The position numbers and the translations under genes are program-made. The notes beneath the pieces were generated by a model. The model was given only the letters and a program-made list of their open reading frames with translations. It was not told the DNA's origin and did not search any database. Below are positions 1-9,420 of a stretch of 64,000 nucleotides of DNA, piece after piece. The stretch is from positions 375-64,374 of the forward strand of contig JBGPKU010000009.1 in NCBI GenBank assembly GCA_041486085.1, in the 5' to 3' direction. The stretch is from Candidatus Limnocylindria bacterium (GTDB lineage Bacteria > Chloroflexota > Limnocylindria > P2-11E). Every line of letters begins with the position of its first letter. Positions within the stretch are counted from its first letter, which is position 1.

Positions 1-963
1 CCGGCCAGTATCACCGCGAAATTCACAGGCACGGCGACCGGCTCGCGGACCGACGAGACGAAGGCGAAGGGCGTCGAGCGGTTCACGAACCAGACGACCA
101 GCGACATCCGGATCGCGAAAGGCACCTTCCTGAGGACGTCGGACAACATCCCGTTCCAGACGACGGAGGACAAGACGTTGCCGAAGAGCTCGATCGTGAT
201 CTTTCCGCCCAGCGTCAGCTTCGGGAGCGTCGACATCGCGATCGAGGCCGTTGAGCCGGGGCCTCGCGGGAACGTCGACGCGAAGAAGATCAACGTGAGC
301 TCGAGTCCGGGGCAGTACAGCGTCGAGAATCCGGCGTCCACGACGGGTGGCGACTCGAAGAAGATCCCCATCGTGCTGCTCGCCGACTACAGCCTGGCCG
401 CGTCGCGCACCGACGCGGAGCTCAAGAAGCAGGCCGACGCGCAGGTCGAGACTTGGAGGAAGTCCGTTCAGACCGGCCAGACGATCTTCGGCGTCCTCGT
501 GCGCTCGCCGGTCGTGACGCCCGCCGGCAACGTCGTCGGGACGGAGCTCAAGGTCGGCGAGACGACGTTCGAGCTCACCGCCACCGGCACGGCGACGGGA
601 TACAGCGTCTCGTCGAGCGAGCCTCGCAAGACCGCGGTCGAGCGCTTGGGGACGGCCGCGGACTCGGGCTTCGACATCGACAAGGAGGGCGCGATCGTCG
701 AGATCGTCGGCGCGCCGAGCGTCGAGCCGGACGGCGTTCACTGGCGGGTCCGCGCGCGCGCGAGCCAGTTCCGGCGGCCCGACGAGGCCGCGATCCGTGC
801 GGCGCTGGCCGGCCGGCGTTTCGAAGAGGTCTCGGATGTCGTCAGGGCTCGCGACCTCGAGCTCCGAACGATCTCGACGTGGCCGGGCTGGTGGCCGCGA
901 CTGCCCGTGCTCGATTCGCGCATCAAGATCCAGAGCGAAGCGCGAGCGGCGTCCACACGCTGA
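1..963 (+). CDS. hypothetical protein, 3' part (5' end lies upstream of the window)
   Basis: Phase 1 is open from nt 1 to TGA 961-963. The listed ORF 178..963 is only the part after the first TTG. Third positions are GC-rich. No catalytic motif recognised. Confidence 0.5.
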   Translation, partial: PASITAKFTGTATGSRTDETKAKGVERFTNQTTSDIRIAKGTFLRTSDNIPFQTTEDKTLPKSSIVIFPPSVSFGSVDIAIEAVEPGPRGNVDAKKINVSSSPGQYSVENPASTTGGDSKKIPIVLLADYSLAASRTDAELKKQADAQVETWRKSVQTGQTIFGVLVRSPVVTPAGNVVGTELKVGETTFELTATGTATGYSVSSSEPRKTAVERLGTAADSGFDIDKEGAIVEIVGAPSVEPDGVHWRVRARASQFRRPDEAAIRAALAGRRFEEVSDVVRARDLELRTISTWPGWWPRLPVLDSRIKIQSEARAASTR

Positions 964-964
964 G

Positions 965-1351
965 GTGCGCTATCTTGCGCTCGACGTCGGCGACCGCACG
1001 ATCGGCCTCGCGGTGGGCGACGAAGCGTTCGGTCTGGCACGGCCGCTCAAGACCATCCGCCGGCGGAGTGTCGCCTCGGACCTCGAGTTGCTTCGCGACA
1101 TCGTGGTCAAGGAGGACGTGGGCGCGCTCGTGATCGGACTGCCGCTGACCTTGAAGGGCGAGACCGGACATCAGGCCGCACGCGTCCGCGTGTTCGCTGA
1201 GTCGGCGCGATCGCTGGCGTTGCCGGTGGAGCTCGTCGACGAGCGCTTCACGACGGCCGAGGCCGCTCGCCGCGGCGCCGACGATCTGGATGCCGGGGCC
1301 GCGGTCGTCCTGCTCGAGGACTTCTTCTCGGAGCGCGGTCGGCGCGCATGA
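965..1351 (+). CDS. ruvX: YqgF/RuvX-like putative pre-16S rRNA nuclease (Holliday junction resolvase-like)
   Basis: GTG 965, in frame within ORF 797..1351. Motifs RYLALDVGDRTIGLAV, ALVIGLPL, DERFTT are typical of YqgF. Sits directly upstream of mltG, as in many genomes. Confidence 0.85.
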   Translation: MRYLALDVGDRTIGLAVGDEAFGLARPLKTIRRRSVASDLELLRDIVVKEDVGALVIGLPLTLKGETGHQAARVRVFAESARSLALPVELVDERFTTAEAARRGADDLDAGAAVVLLEDFFSERGRRA

Positions 1352-2520
1352 CGGGTCCGGCCGCGCGCGGTCCGCAGATCGGCGTCAGCTCACGGGCGCG
1401 GCCGCCCCGTCCCCAGTCGAGCGCCGGACCGCTGGTCTTCCTCCTCGCCGTCGCGATCGTCATCGTGGGGCTGGTCGTGTTCGCCCGGCCACTCGCCGAG
1501 GACGCGGTCGTCTCGTACGTCGCCGGGCACGACACGCTTCTGCGCCAGGACTTCGTCCGGACGCTCGTGGCGTCGCGCGTGAGTGGCGAGGTGGACCTCG
1601 CGCGGGACGTGCGAGGCGAAACGCGGCCCTTCGTCATCACCCGCGGCGAGACGGCGGGCGAGATCGCGCACCGGCTCGAGGCAGAGGGCGTCGTTCGCTC
1701 CGCGCTGGCGTTCGAGTTCGTGCTCTACGAGACGCAGAAGGAGAGCGCGCTGCAGTCCGGGACGTATCAGGTCTCCTCCGCGCTGACGCCTCGCGATCTG
1801 GCGCGGCTCTTCGAGAAGGCGCCCGGCGACCAGGCACTGCTCCGCCTCATCGAGGGGTGGCGCCTGACCGAGGTCGCCGCCGCCGTCGAGAAGGCGTTCC
1901 CCAAGATCACGAAGGACGCCTTCCTGGCCGCAGCCGTCGTGGGTGACCGCAAGAACGGGATCCTCGTCGGCCTCGATCCGAAGACGCCCCTCGAGGGATT
2001 CCTCTTCCCCGACACGTACTTCCTCAAGCCCGACGCGACCGCGGCGCAGATCGTCGACACGCTGCTGCAGCAGTTCGAGGGCAAGGTCGGGGCGACGCTC
2101 CGGGCGGCCGCGGCCCAACGCAAGACCACCGTGTACGACCTCGTGAAGCTCGCGTCCCTCGTCGAGCGCGAGGCGCAGGATCGCACGGAGAGCGCCACCA
2201 TCGCGGGCGTCTACCAGAACCGGATGGACATCGGCATGAAGCTCGATGCCGATCCCACGATCCAGTACGCCGTCGGCACTTGGCGGGAGCTTACGCTCGA
2301 CGACCTCAAACTCGTCTCGCCGTACAACACTTATCTCGTCGCCGGCTTGCCGCCGACGCCGATCGCCAACCCGGGTCTGGCCGCGCTCGAGGGGGCGGCC
2401 CGACCCGCGCAGCACGAGTACTTCTACTTCGTGGCGAAGGGCGACGGCTCGGGAGGGCACGCGTTCGCGAAGACCTTGCAGGAGCACGAAGCCAACCGGA
2501 TCAAGTACGGGAACCGGTAG
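1348..2520 (+). CDS. mltG: endolytic murein transglycosylase MltG (YceG-like)
   Basis: ATGA overlap with ruvX. N-terminal TM helix LVFLLAVAIVIVGLVVF. YceG motifs ASLVEREA, YQNR, SPYNTYLVAGLPPTPIANPG, YFYFVAKGDG. Confidence 0.85.
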   Translation: MTGPAARGPQIGVSSRARPPRPQSSAGPLVFLLAVAIVIVGLVVFARPLAEDAVVSYVAGHDTLLRQDFVRTLVASRVSGEVDLARDVRGETRPFVITRGETAGEIAHRLEAEGVVRSALAFEFVLYETQKESALQSGTYQVSSALTPRDLARLFEKAPGDQALLRLIEGWRLTEVAAAVEKAFPKITKDAFLAAAVVGDRKNGILVGLDPKTPLEGFLFPDTYFLKPDATAAQIVDTLLQQFEGKVGATLRAAAAQRKTTVYDLVKLASLVEREAQDRTESATIAGVYQNRMDIGMKLDADPTIQYAVGTWRELTLDDLKLVSPYNTYLVAGLPPTPIANPGLAALEGAARPAQHEYFYFVAKGDGSGGHAFAKTLQEHEANRIKYGNR

Positions 2521-2525
2521 CCGGC

Positions 2526-3323
2526 GTGAGCGACGTGTTCCTTTTCGGCCATCCGGTCGCGCACTCGCTGTCGCCGGCGATGCACAACGCCGCATTCAAG
2601 TCGCTCGGGCTGCCGCATCGGTATTCCGTCCGTGACGTCGCGCCTCCGGATCTCGCCGAGGCCGTCGGCTCGCTTCGGACGGGGGATTCGCTCGGCGCGA
2701 ACGTGACGATCCCACATAAGGAGTCGGCCCTGCGCCTGGTGGACGAGGCAGGGGAGGAGGCGCGCGCCACCGGCGCGGTGAACGCGATCGTGCGCCGTGG
2801 CTCGCGGCTGGTCGGGCACAACACCGACGCGTACGGCTTCGAGCAGGCGCTCGGCCTCGTCTCACGACCCGAGCGCGTCCTCCTTCTTGGCGCGGGTGGT
2901 GCGGCGCGCGCGTGCGCGCTCGTCCTGCTGCGTCGAGGTGCGCGGGTCGAGATCGCGAATCGCACGAGGCAGCGCGCCGAGGACGTGGTGCGCGCGATCG
3001 AGTCCGCCGGAAGGCGCGCGACGGTCGTCGACTGGCCCACGCCGGGAGGTGCGGTCGAGCAGGATATGGTCGTCAACGCCACCTCGCTGGGGCTGCACGG
3101 CGAGGACCCCCTCGACGGCATCGCGCTGCCGCGAGTCGTGGTGGACATCGTGGCCATGAAGGACACCACGCCGCTCGTCAGACGCGCGCGGCAGGCTCAA
3201 GATGTCGAGGTGGTGGACGGATCGACCATGCTGCTTCATCAGGCGGCGCGCTCGTTCGAGCTCTGGACCGGCTTGCCGGCACCGCTCGAGGTCATGCGAG
3301 CGGCTCTGCCTCGCCCGGCATGA
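2526..3323 (+). CDS. aroE: shikimate dehydrogenase
   Basis: GTG 2526 within ORF 2280..3323. Motifs LFGHPVAHSLSPAMHNAAF, GANVTIPHK, GHNTDAYGF, LLGAGGAARA. Confidence 0.85.
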   Translation: MSDVFLFGHPVAHSLSPAMHNAAFKSLGLPHRYSVRDVAPPDLAEAVGSLRTGDSLGANVTIPHKESALRLVDEAGEEARATGAVNAIVRRGSRLVGHNTDAYGFEQALGLVSRPERVLLLGAGGAARACALVLLRRGARVEIANRTRQRAEDVVRAIESAGRRATVVDWPTPGGAVEQDMVVNATSLGLHGEDPLDGIALPRVVVDIVAMKDTTPLVRRARQAQDVEVVDGSTMLLHQAARSFELWTGLPAPLEVMRAALPRPA

Positions 3324-4468
3324 GGCTCCTCACCGCCGGCGAGTCGCACGGCGCCGGACTGGTGGCCATCGTCGATGGCGTGCCCGCCGCGGTGCCGCTG
3401 ACCGCCGCCGACATCGATCCGGATCTCCGGCGCCGGCAGCTGGGCTACGGACGAGGCGCGCGGCAGCGCATCGAGCGCGATGCCGTGACGATCACCGGGG
3501 GTGTGCGTCACGGCAAGACGACCGGCGCCCCGATCGCGTTGCAGATCCCCAACCGCGACGCGGTCAACTGGGAGCGGGTCATGAGCGTCGAGCCCGTCGC
3601 TGATCCGCCGGCCGCGGTCACGCGGCTGCGGCCCGGGCACGCGGATCTGGCGGGCGCGTTGAAGTACGCACACGAAGACGTGCGCGACGTGATCGAGCGA
3701 TCCAGCGCGCGCGAGACCGCGGCGCGTGTGGCGGCCGGAGCGGTCGCGAAGGCGATCCTGCGCGTCGTTGGGATGGAGGTCCGCAGCGAGACCCGCGTCA
3801 TCGGCGACGTCGAGAGCACGCCGCGCTTCGAGAGCGACGCGGTCGAAGCGAGCGAGGTGCGCTGCGCGGATACGGCACGATCGGCTGCGATGATCGACGC
3901 GATCGCCAAGGCCCGCGACGCGGGCGACACGCTTGGTGGCATCGTCGCGCTGCGCGCCAGCGCTGTCGTCCCGGGCCTCGGCGCCGCAGCGCAGTGGGAT
4001 CGGCGCCTGGACGGCCGTATCGCCCAGGCGCTCATGTCGATCCAGAGCGCGAAGGGCGTTCAGTTTGCCGACGCCTTCGCCGCGTCTCGGGAGCGCGGCA
4101 GCACGGTCCACGATCCGATCGCGGTGATCGGCGGGCGATTCACCCGGGCGCGCAACCGCGCGGGCGGCCTCGAGGGCGGAATGACGAATGGCGAAGACGT
4201 CCTGGTGGACGTCGCCTTCAAGCCGATCTCCACCCTGATGAAGCCGCTGCCGTCCGCTGACCTCCGGACAGGCGCGGCTGCGCCCGCGCATGTCGAGCGC
4301 AGCGACGTCTGCATCGTACCGGCCGCCGGCGTCGTCGCGGAGGCGATGCTCGCGTTCGTCCTGGCCGACGCGCTGCTCGAGAAGTTCGGCGCGGACAACG
4401 CCGACGATCTCGCCGCGGCCGTCGAGCGGTACCGCAAGCGCCTGACGCCCATCGACCAGCGCGTCTAG
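3320..4468 (+). CDS. aroC: chorismate synthase
   Basis: ATGA overlap with aroE. Starts MRLLTAGESHGAGLVAIVDG. Also RRRQLGYGRGARQRIE and GGLEGGMTNGE. Confidence 0.9.
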   Translation: MRLLTAGESHGAGLVAIVDGVPAAVPLTAADIDPDLRRRQLGYGRGARQRIERDAVTITGGVRHGKTTGAPIALQIPNRDAVNWERVMSVEPVADPPAAVTRLRPGHADLAGALKYAHEDVRDVIERSSARETAARVAAGAVAKAILRVVGMEVRSETRVIGDVESTPRFESDAVEASEVRCADTARSAAMIDAIAKARDAGDTLGGIVALRASAVVPGLGAAAQWDRRLDGRIAQALMSIQSAKGVQFADAFAASRERGSTVHDPIAVIGGRFTRARNRAGGLEGGMTNGEDVLVDVAFKPISTLMKPLPSADLRTGAAAPAHVERSDVCIVPAAGVVAEAMLAFVLADALLEKFGADNADDLAAAVERYRKRLTPIDQRV

Positions 4469-6058
4469 ATGTACATCTTCCTGGTCGGGCCGCCGGGCAT
4501 CGGCAAGAGCACCCTCGCGCCCCTGCTCGCGGAGCGGCTTGCGGCGGGCGTGCTCGAGACCGACCGCGCGATCGAGCGCCGCACCCGCAAGAGCAACAAG
4601 GACACGATCGAGCAGGACGGCGTGGAGCGATTCCGGGATCTCGAGTCCCGTGTCCTGCAGACGCTACGGGCGACGCCGGCGTGGACGGTCGTCGACACGG
4701 GCGCCGGGATGCCGCTCCGCGAAGCGAACCGGCTCCGGATGCGCGAGCTCGGTCTGATCGTCGGCCTGCGCGGATCCCTTCCCCGCGTGACTGCTGGGAT
4801 CCCCGCGACGTTCGCAGGACGACCCGACCAGCAACTCTCGCCGCGGGCGCGCGCGCGTCGCGCGCTGACGAGTCCCGAGCGACGTGCTGCGTACGCCGAT
4901 GTTGACGTGGCATTCGACGTCGAAGAGGACACGCCAGACAAGGTCGCGACCCGGATCACGACGTGGCTGGCGGGCTCACGCGGTCTGCGGGTCGACGTTG
5001 GTGTGGACGACGCGTATCCGATAGTGGTCCGCGCGGGCCTGATCGACCAGCTCGGCACCTGCGTGAGCGAGCTCGGGTGGGCAGGTCGGATCGCACTCGT
5101 CACCGAGCGCAACGTCGCGGCTGTCCGTGGCGAACACGCAAGGCGCGCACTCCACGCGGCCGGCCTTGCGGTCTCGGTCCTCGTCATGCCGCAGGGCGAG
5201 GCGGCGAAGTCCCTCCGCGCCGTGGCCAGGCTGTGGGAGTCACTCGCCCAGGCAGGCGTCGGCCGTGACGGCGGCATCGTGGCACTGGGCGGCGGCGCGC
5301 TCGGCGATGCCGCCGGTTTCGCCGCGGCCACGTATCTTCGCGGCATTCCGGTCGTGATGGTGCCGACCACGCTGCTCGCGATGGTCGACGCGTCGATCGG
5401 GGGAAAGACCGCGATCGACATCGGAGCGGGCAAGAACCTGGTCGGTGCGTTCCATCATCCGAAGGCGGTGCTCGCCGACATCGGCGCGATCGCGACGCTT
5501 CCGCGCAGGCAGCGCTCGTCGGGGCTCGCCGAGGTCGTGAAGACCGCGTTCCTCGTGGATCGCGAGTCGGTCGCGCACGTCGAGCGCGCGATCCCGGGGG
5601 TGCTGCGCGGCGATACGGGGGCCGCGCTCACGTGCGTCACACTCGCGGCTGAGGTGAAAGCGAGCGTGGTGACCGCCGATCCGACCGAGCAGGGCCTGCG
5701 AGCGCTGCTGAACTTCGGCCACACCATGGGACACGCCTATGAGGCGGCGAGCGGCTATCACGTGACACACGGAGAGGCGGTGGCCGTCGGGATGGTCTAT
5801 GCGTCTGCCCTCGCCGAGACGCTCGAGCTCGCGTCACCCGCATTCCGCGTCGACGTCGAGCGGCTCCTCGTCAAGGCCGGTCTTCCGGTGAGAGCGCGGA
5901 TCCCGAAGGCAGCCTGGGCGCTCCTGGCGCGCGATAAGAAGGCGCGCGCCGGCAGTGTCCGCTGGATCCTGCCGCGCCGCGTCGGGCGCTTCAGCGAGGT
6001 GACCGGAGTCGATGACCGCGCGCTCCGCGCGGCAGCTCGCGTCGTGGAGGGAGCATGA
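4469..6058 (+). CDS. aroKB: bifunctional shikimate kinase / 3-dehydroquinate synthase (AroK-AroB fusion)
   Basis: N-terminal P-loop kinase (MYIFLVGPPGIGKSTLAPLLAERL). C-terminal DHQ synthase motifs (GGGALGDAAGFAAATYLRGIPVVMVPTTLLAMVDASIGGKTAID, NFGHTMGHAYE). Confidence 0.85.
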   Translation: MYIFLVGPPGIGKSTLAPLLAERLAAGVLETDRAIERRTRKSNKDTIEQDGVERFRDLESRVLQTLRATPAWTVVDTGAGMPLREANRLRMRELGLIVGLRGSLPRVTAGIPATFAGRPDQQLSPRARARRALTSPERRAAYADVDVAFDVEEDTPDKVATRITTWLAGSRGLRVDVGVDDAYPIVVRAGLIDQLGTCVSELGWAGRIALVTERNVAAVRGEHARRALHAAGLAVSVLVMPQGEAAKSLRAVARLWESLAQAGVGRDGGIVALGGGALGDAAGFAAATYLRGIPVVMVPTTLLAMVDASIGGKTAIDIGAGKNLVGAFHHPKAVLADIGAIATLPRRQRSSGLAEVVKTAFLVDRESVAHVERAIPGVLRGDTGAALTCVTLAAEVKASVVTADPTEQGLRALLNFGHTMGHAYEAASGYHVTHGEAVAVGMVYASALAETLELASPAFRVDVERLLVKAGLPVRARIPKAAWALLARDKKARAGSVRWILPRRVGRFSEVTGVDDRALRAAARVVEGA

Positions 6059-6492
6059 CCCGCTATCTGCTCGTGAATGGGCCGAACCTCAACACCCTCG
6101 GCACGCGACAGCCGGAGATCTACGGCAGCACCACGCTTCTCGAAGTCGTCGACCGGTGCCGCGCCATTGCGCGTGAGTCGAACGCCGAGCTCGCAGCGTT
6201 CCAATCGAACCACGAGGGCGCGCTCATCGACTTCCTTCAGGCGCGCGCGTCGTCGGATGGTGCCATCATCAATCCTGGCGGGCTGGCTCACACCTCGATC
6301 GCCCTGCGCGATGCCGTCGCGGCATGCAATTTCCCGGTGGTCGAGGTCCACATCAGCGACGTGACGAAGCGAGAGCCGTTCCGCCACCATAGCTATCTCA
6401 AGGACGTGACCGCGAATCAGATCGTCGGCCTGGGTGTCGTCGGATATGAGGTCGCCCTGCGCTGGCTCATCGAGGAGACAACGAAGAAGTGA
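6055..6492 (+). CDS. aroQ: type II 3-dehydroquinate dehydratase
   Basis: ATGA overlap with the previous gene. Motifs LLVNGPNLNTLGTRQPEIYG, INPGGLAHTSIALRDA, VEVHISD. Confidence 0.9.
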   Translation: MTRYLLVNGPNLNTLGTRQPEIYGSTTLLEVVDRCRAIARESNAELAAFQSNHEGALIDFLQARASSDGAIINPGGLAHTSIALRDAVAACNFPVVEVHISDVTKREPFRHHSYLKDVTANQIVGLGVVGYEVALRWLIEETTKK

Positions 6493-6514
6493 AGATCGGG
6501 CGATTGAGCAAGAA

Positions 6515-7072
6515 GTGATCAGCACAGGGGAGATCAAGCGGGGCATCACCGTCGAGATCGACGGCCAGCTCTACCAGATCGTCGAGTTCCAGCACATCAA
6601 GATGGGCCGCGGATCGGCGCAGGTGCGCATGAAGCTGCGCAACGTGCGCAAGGGCGACCTGATCGAGAAGACAGTGCAGGCGGGCGAGCGATTTCAGCGC
6701 GCGCGCCTCGACCACCGCAACGTCCAATTCCAGTACAAGGACGGCACGCACTTCCACTTCATGGACACGAACTCGTACGACCAGATCGCCCTGGACGCGG
6801 ATCAGCTGGGCGACGCGGTGAACTACCTGACCGACGGGATGGAAGTGACGCTGAACGAGTACGAGGGCGACCCTCTCGGGGTCGACATGCCCGCATCCGT
6901 GATCATGACGGTCGCTTCGACCGACTTCGGGTTGAAGGGCGACACCGCCACCGGCGCGACGAAGCCGGCGACGCTCGAGTCGGGACTGAAGGTCAACGTC
7001 CCGCTCTTCGTGAACGCGGGGGACAAGATCAAGGTCGACACTCGGTCGGGTGAGTATCTCGAGCGCGCCTAA
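6515..7072 (+). CDS. efp: elongation factor P
   Basis: GTG 6515 within ORF 6434..7072. Motifs ISTGEIKRGITVEIDGQLYQIVEFQHIKMGRGSAQVRMKLRN and KPATLESGLKVNVPLFVNAGDKIKVDTRSGEY. Confidence 0.9.
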   Translation: MISTGEIKRGITVEIDGQLYQIVEFQHIKMGRGSAQVRMKLRNVRKGDLIEKTVQAGERFQRARLDHRNVQFQYKDGTHFHFMDTNSYDQIALDADQLGDAVNYLTDGMEVTLNEYEGDPLGVDMPASVIMTVASTDFGLKGDTATGATKPATLESGLKVNVPLFVNAGDKIKVDTRSGEYLERA

Positions 7073-8273
7073 GGACATCCTGCGCGTCGGCCAGCTCGCT
7101 CTGCGGCTGGCCGAGCACATCCAGGCGAACGATCTGTTCAAGGATCTTTGGATCGAGGGCGAGGTCGTGCAGGCGCGCACCTCGCCCGCCGGTCACGTGT
7201 ACTTCACGCTCCGCGACAACGTCGGGCAGTTGCAATGCGTGCTCTTCGCGACACAGGCAGCGCAGATCCCGTTGACCCCGCGCGACGGCGCGAAAGTGCT
7301 GACGCACGGGTGGGTCGAGTTTTACCACCGCGACGGCCGCTGTCAGATCCGGGTCGACGATCTTCGGCCGGCCGGCGCGGGGGACGCCTATCTTCGATTC
7401 GAGGCGCTCAAACGTCGCCTGGTGGCCGAGGGATTGTTCGCCCTCGAGCGGAAGCGACCCCTCCCGACGGCGCCGCGGCGCATCGGGGTCGTCACGAGTC
7501 CCATCGGTGCGGTCTGGCAGGACATCCAGAACATCGTTGCGCGCCGCGATCCGCGGATGGAGCTCGTGCTGTCGCCCGCGTTGGTGCAGGGAGCTGGCGC
7601 GGTCGATTCGCTCATCGGCGCGCTCGATGGTCTCGGCCAGCTGCGGGAGCTCGACGTCGTCATCATCGCGCGGGGCGGCGGCGCCGCCGATGACCTCGCT
7701 GCCTTCAACGACGAGTCGCTCGTGCGCGCGATTGCGCGGTTCGCGCGCCCGGTCGTCTCGGGCGTCGGGCACGAGAGCGACGTCACGCTGTGCGACCTCG
7801 TGGCCGACGTGCGCGCGCCGACGCCCTCCGCCGCGGCCGAGCTCGTCGTCCCGGACGCCCGTGTGGGTCAGATGGCGGCGGACCGGCTCATGCGGCGCAT
7901 CTCCGCGCGGGTGCGCGAGTCGATCGACGGCCGCAGGCGGCGAGCGGTCGCCGCGCATCGCCTTCTCGAGCGGCACGCACCGCCGGCCCGCGTCGCCGCG
8001 CTTCGTCAACGACTCGACGAGGACCGGCGCGGGCTCGATCGCGCGATGGCGCGCCTGGTGCCGGGGCGCCGCCAGCGACTGGTGCACGCCAAGCGGCAGC
8101 TCGACGCGCTGTCGCCGCTGAACGTGCTGGGGCGGGGCTACGCGATCGTGGAAGAGATGGACGGCACGATCCGGGGGAGCGCGAGCGAGCTGCGGGTCGG
8201 CGGCCGTGCCCGCCTCCGGATGCGCGATGGTCGTGCGAGCGTCACGGTGGAAGAGGTGGAGCCGCATGGCTGA
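7050..8273 (+). CDS. xseA: exodeoxyribonuclease VII large subunit
   Basis: OB-fold N-terminus (LWIEGEVVQARTSPAGHVYFTLRD), then RIGVVTSPIGAVWQDI and IIARGGGAADDLAAFNDE. Confidence 0.85.
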   Translation: MSISSAPKDILRVGQLALRLAEHIQANDLFKDLWIEGEVVQARTSPAGHVYFTLRDNVGQLQCVLFATQAAQIPLTPRDGAKVLTHGWVEFYHRDGRCQIRVDDLRPAGAGDAYLRFEALKRRLVAEGLFALERKRPLPTAPRRIGVVTSPIGAVWQDIQNIVARRDPRMELVLSPALVQGAGAVDSLIGALDGLGQLRELDVVIIARGGGAADDLAAFNDESLVRAIARFARPVVSGVGHESDVTLCDLVADVRAPTPSAAAELVVPDARVGQMAADRLMRRISARVRESIDGRRRRAVAAHRLLERHAPPARVAALRQRLDEDRRGLDRAMARLVPGRRQRLVHAKRQLDALSPLNVLGRGYAIVEEMDGTIRGSASELRVGGRARLRMRDGRASVTVEEVEPHG

Positions 8274-8478
8274 CACCGAACCGACGATCGAAGAAGCGCT
8301 CAAGCGCCTCGAGACGATCGCCGACAAGCTTGAGGATCCGGAGCTCGACCTCGACCAGGCGGTGAAGCTCTACGAGGAGGGGCTTGGGCTGTACGAGCGC
8401 TGCGCGAAGAAGCTCGACGCGGCCGAGCTGCGCATCACCCAGCTCGCGGAGGCCCTGCAGAAGCAGGCGCGCAGCTAG
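8266..8478 (+). CDS. xseB: exodeoxyribonuclease VII small subunit
   Basis: ATG 8266 within ORF 8206..8478. 70 aa, with EEALKRLETIADKLEDPELDLDQAVKLYEEG typical of XseB. Overlaps the xseA 3' end. Confidence 0.85.
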   Translation: MADTEPTIEEALKRLETIADKLEDPELDLDQAVKLYEEGLGLYERCAKKLDAAELRITQLAEALQKQARS

Positions 8479-9383
8479 CTCGGCTGCTGCGTGCGCAGCC
8501 GGCGCAGGAACGGCTCGATGTTCTCCAGGAACTGCTCGGGCCGGTAACCGTGGATGATGTGACCGGTCCCCGGGAAGCGCTTCACGGTGAGGTCCTTGAT
8601 CGTCTTCTTGAGCTTCCACTCGCCGCCGTCGTCGAGGTTCGAGCCCAGGCGCGGCTCGCCCGCGATCACGAGCGTCGGAACGGCGACACGTTCTAGCCAG
8701 TCCGTGACGAGCGGCTTGCCATCCTCGCCGGCGAGGCGGTGATCGATGAACGCCGGGTCGACATCCTTGTAGTACGAGAGCACGCGCTCGGCCGCGTAGA
8801 AGCCGCGCATCTCGCCGTAGGTGCGCTCGCCACGCGGTCCCGGCGACGGAAGCGGGAAGCGATCGACCGCCTTGCGCAGCGCCGCGGCGTCCTCACCCCT
8901 CAGCGCGTCACGTAGCGGTGCGTACGTCTCAGCGGCCCACGGAGCGCCATAGGTCAGTGGTGCGTCCTCGATCACGAGCCCGGCGACGAGCTCCGGCGCC
9001 TCCGCCGCCGCGGCGAGCGCCACCAACCCACCGAGCGAGTGGCCGATGACGACGGTCGGCCCCTTGATCAGATCCCGGAGCACGTGCAGCGCGTCGTCGG
9101 CGAATGCGCGAAGCGTGTAGTCGCTCGCGCGCTCGCTCTTCCCGTGCCCGCGCTGGTCGTACGCGACGGTGCGATAACGGGTCCCAAGCCGCGGAAACAC
9201 GTTCTCCCAGTCCTCCGACCGCATCAGGCTGGAGTGGATGAGCAGGACCGACAGGGAGTCGTACGGCTCGGCACGCGCCTTCGCCGGCTCTGTGCCGAGT
9301 GCCGCCTTCGGAGGCTCGGCGTAGTAGTGCGCGAGCTTGACGTCACCTTTCAGGGTGCGCGTACGCGGCAGTCGCTTGGCCAT
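8475..9383 (-). CDS. alpha/beta-fold hydrolase
   Basis: Nucleophile elbow GHSLGG, HGKSE, C-terminal PGTGHIIH. The only long minus-strand gene in the first 25 kb with sensible composition. Confidence 0.7.
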   Translation of the reverse strand: MAKRLPRTRTLKGDVKLAHYYAEPPKAALGTEPAKARAEPYDSLSVLLIHSSLMRSEDWENVFPRLGTRYRTVAYDQRGHGKSERASDYTLRAFADDALHVLRDLIKGPTVVIGHSLGGLVALAAAAEAPELVAGLVIEDAPLTYGAPWAAETYAPLRDALRGEDAAALRKAVDRFPLPSPGPRGERTYGEMRGFYAAERVLSYYKDVDPAFIDHRLAGEDGKPLVTDWLERVAVPTLVIAGEPRLGSNLDDGGEWKLKKTIKDLTVKRFPGTGHIIHGYRPEQFLENIEPFLRRLRTQQPS

Positions 9384-9420
9384 GCATCGCAGTATGCGAA
9401 ATGCGGGAGAATCCGCGTCG

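Noticed and set aside
797-964. Upstream part of ORF 797..1351 as a long RuvX N-terminus.
   Set aside because: It overlaps the 3' end of the preceding gene in another frame. The YqgF core begins right after GTG 965.
9381-9384. Divergent hydrolase and tlyA start codons sharing CATG.
   Set aside because: This would leave no promoter space. A downstream GTG 9421 with a GGGAGA SD gives a TlyA N-terminus of canonical length, so the overlap is probably an ORF-finder artefact.
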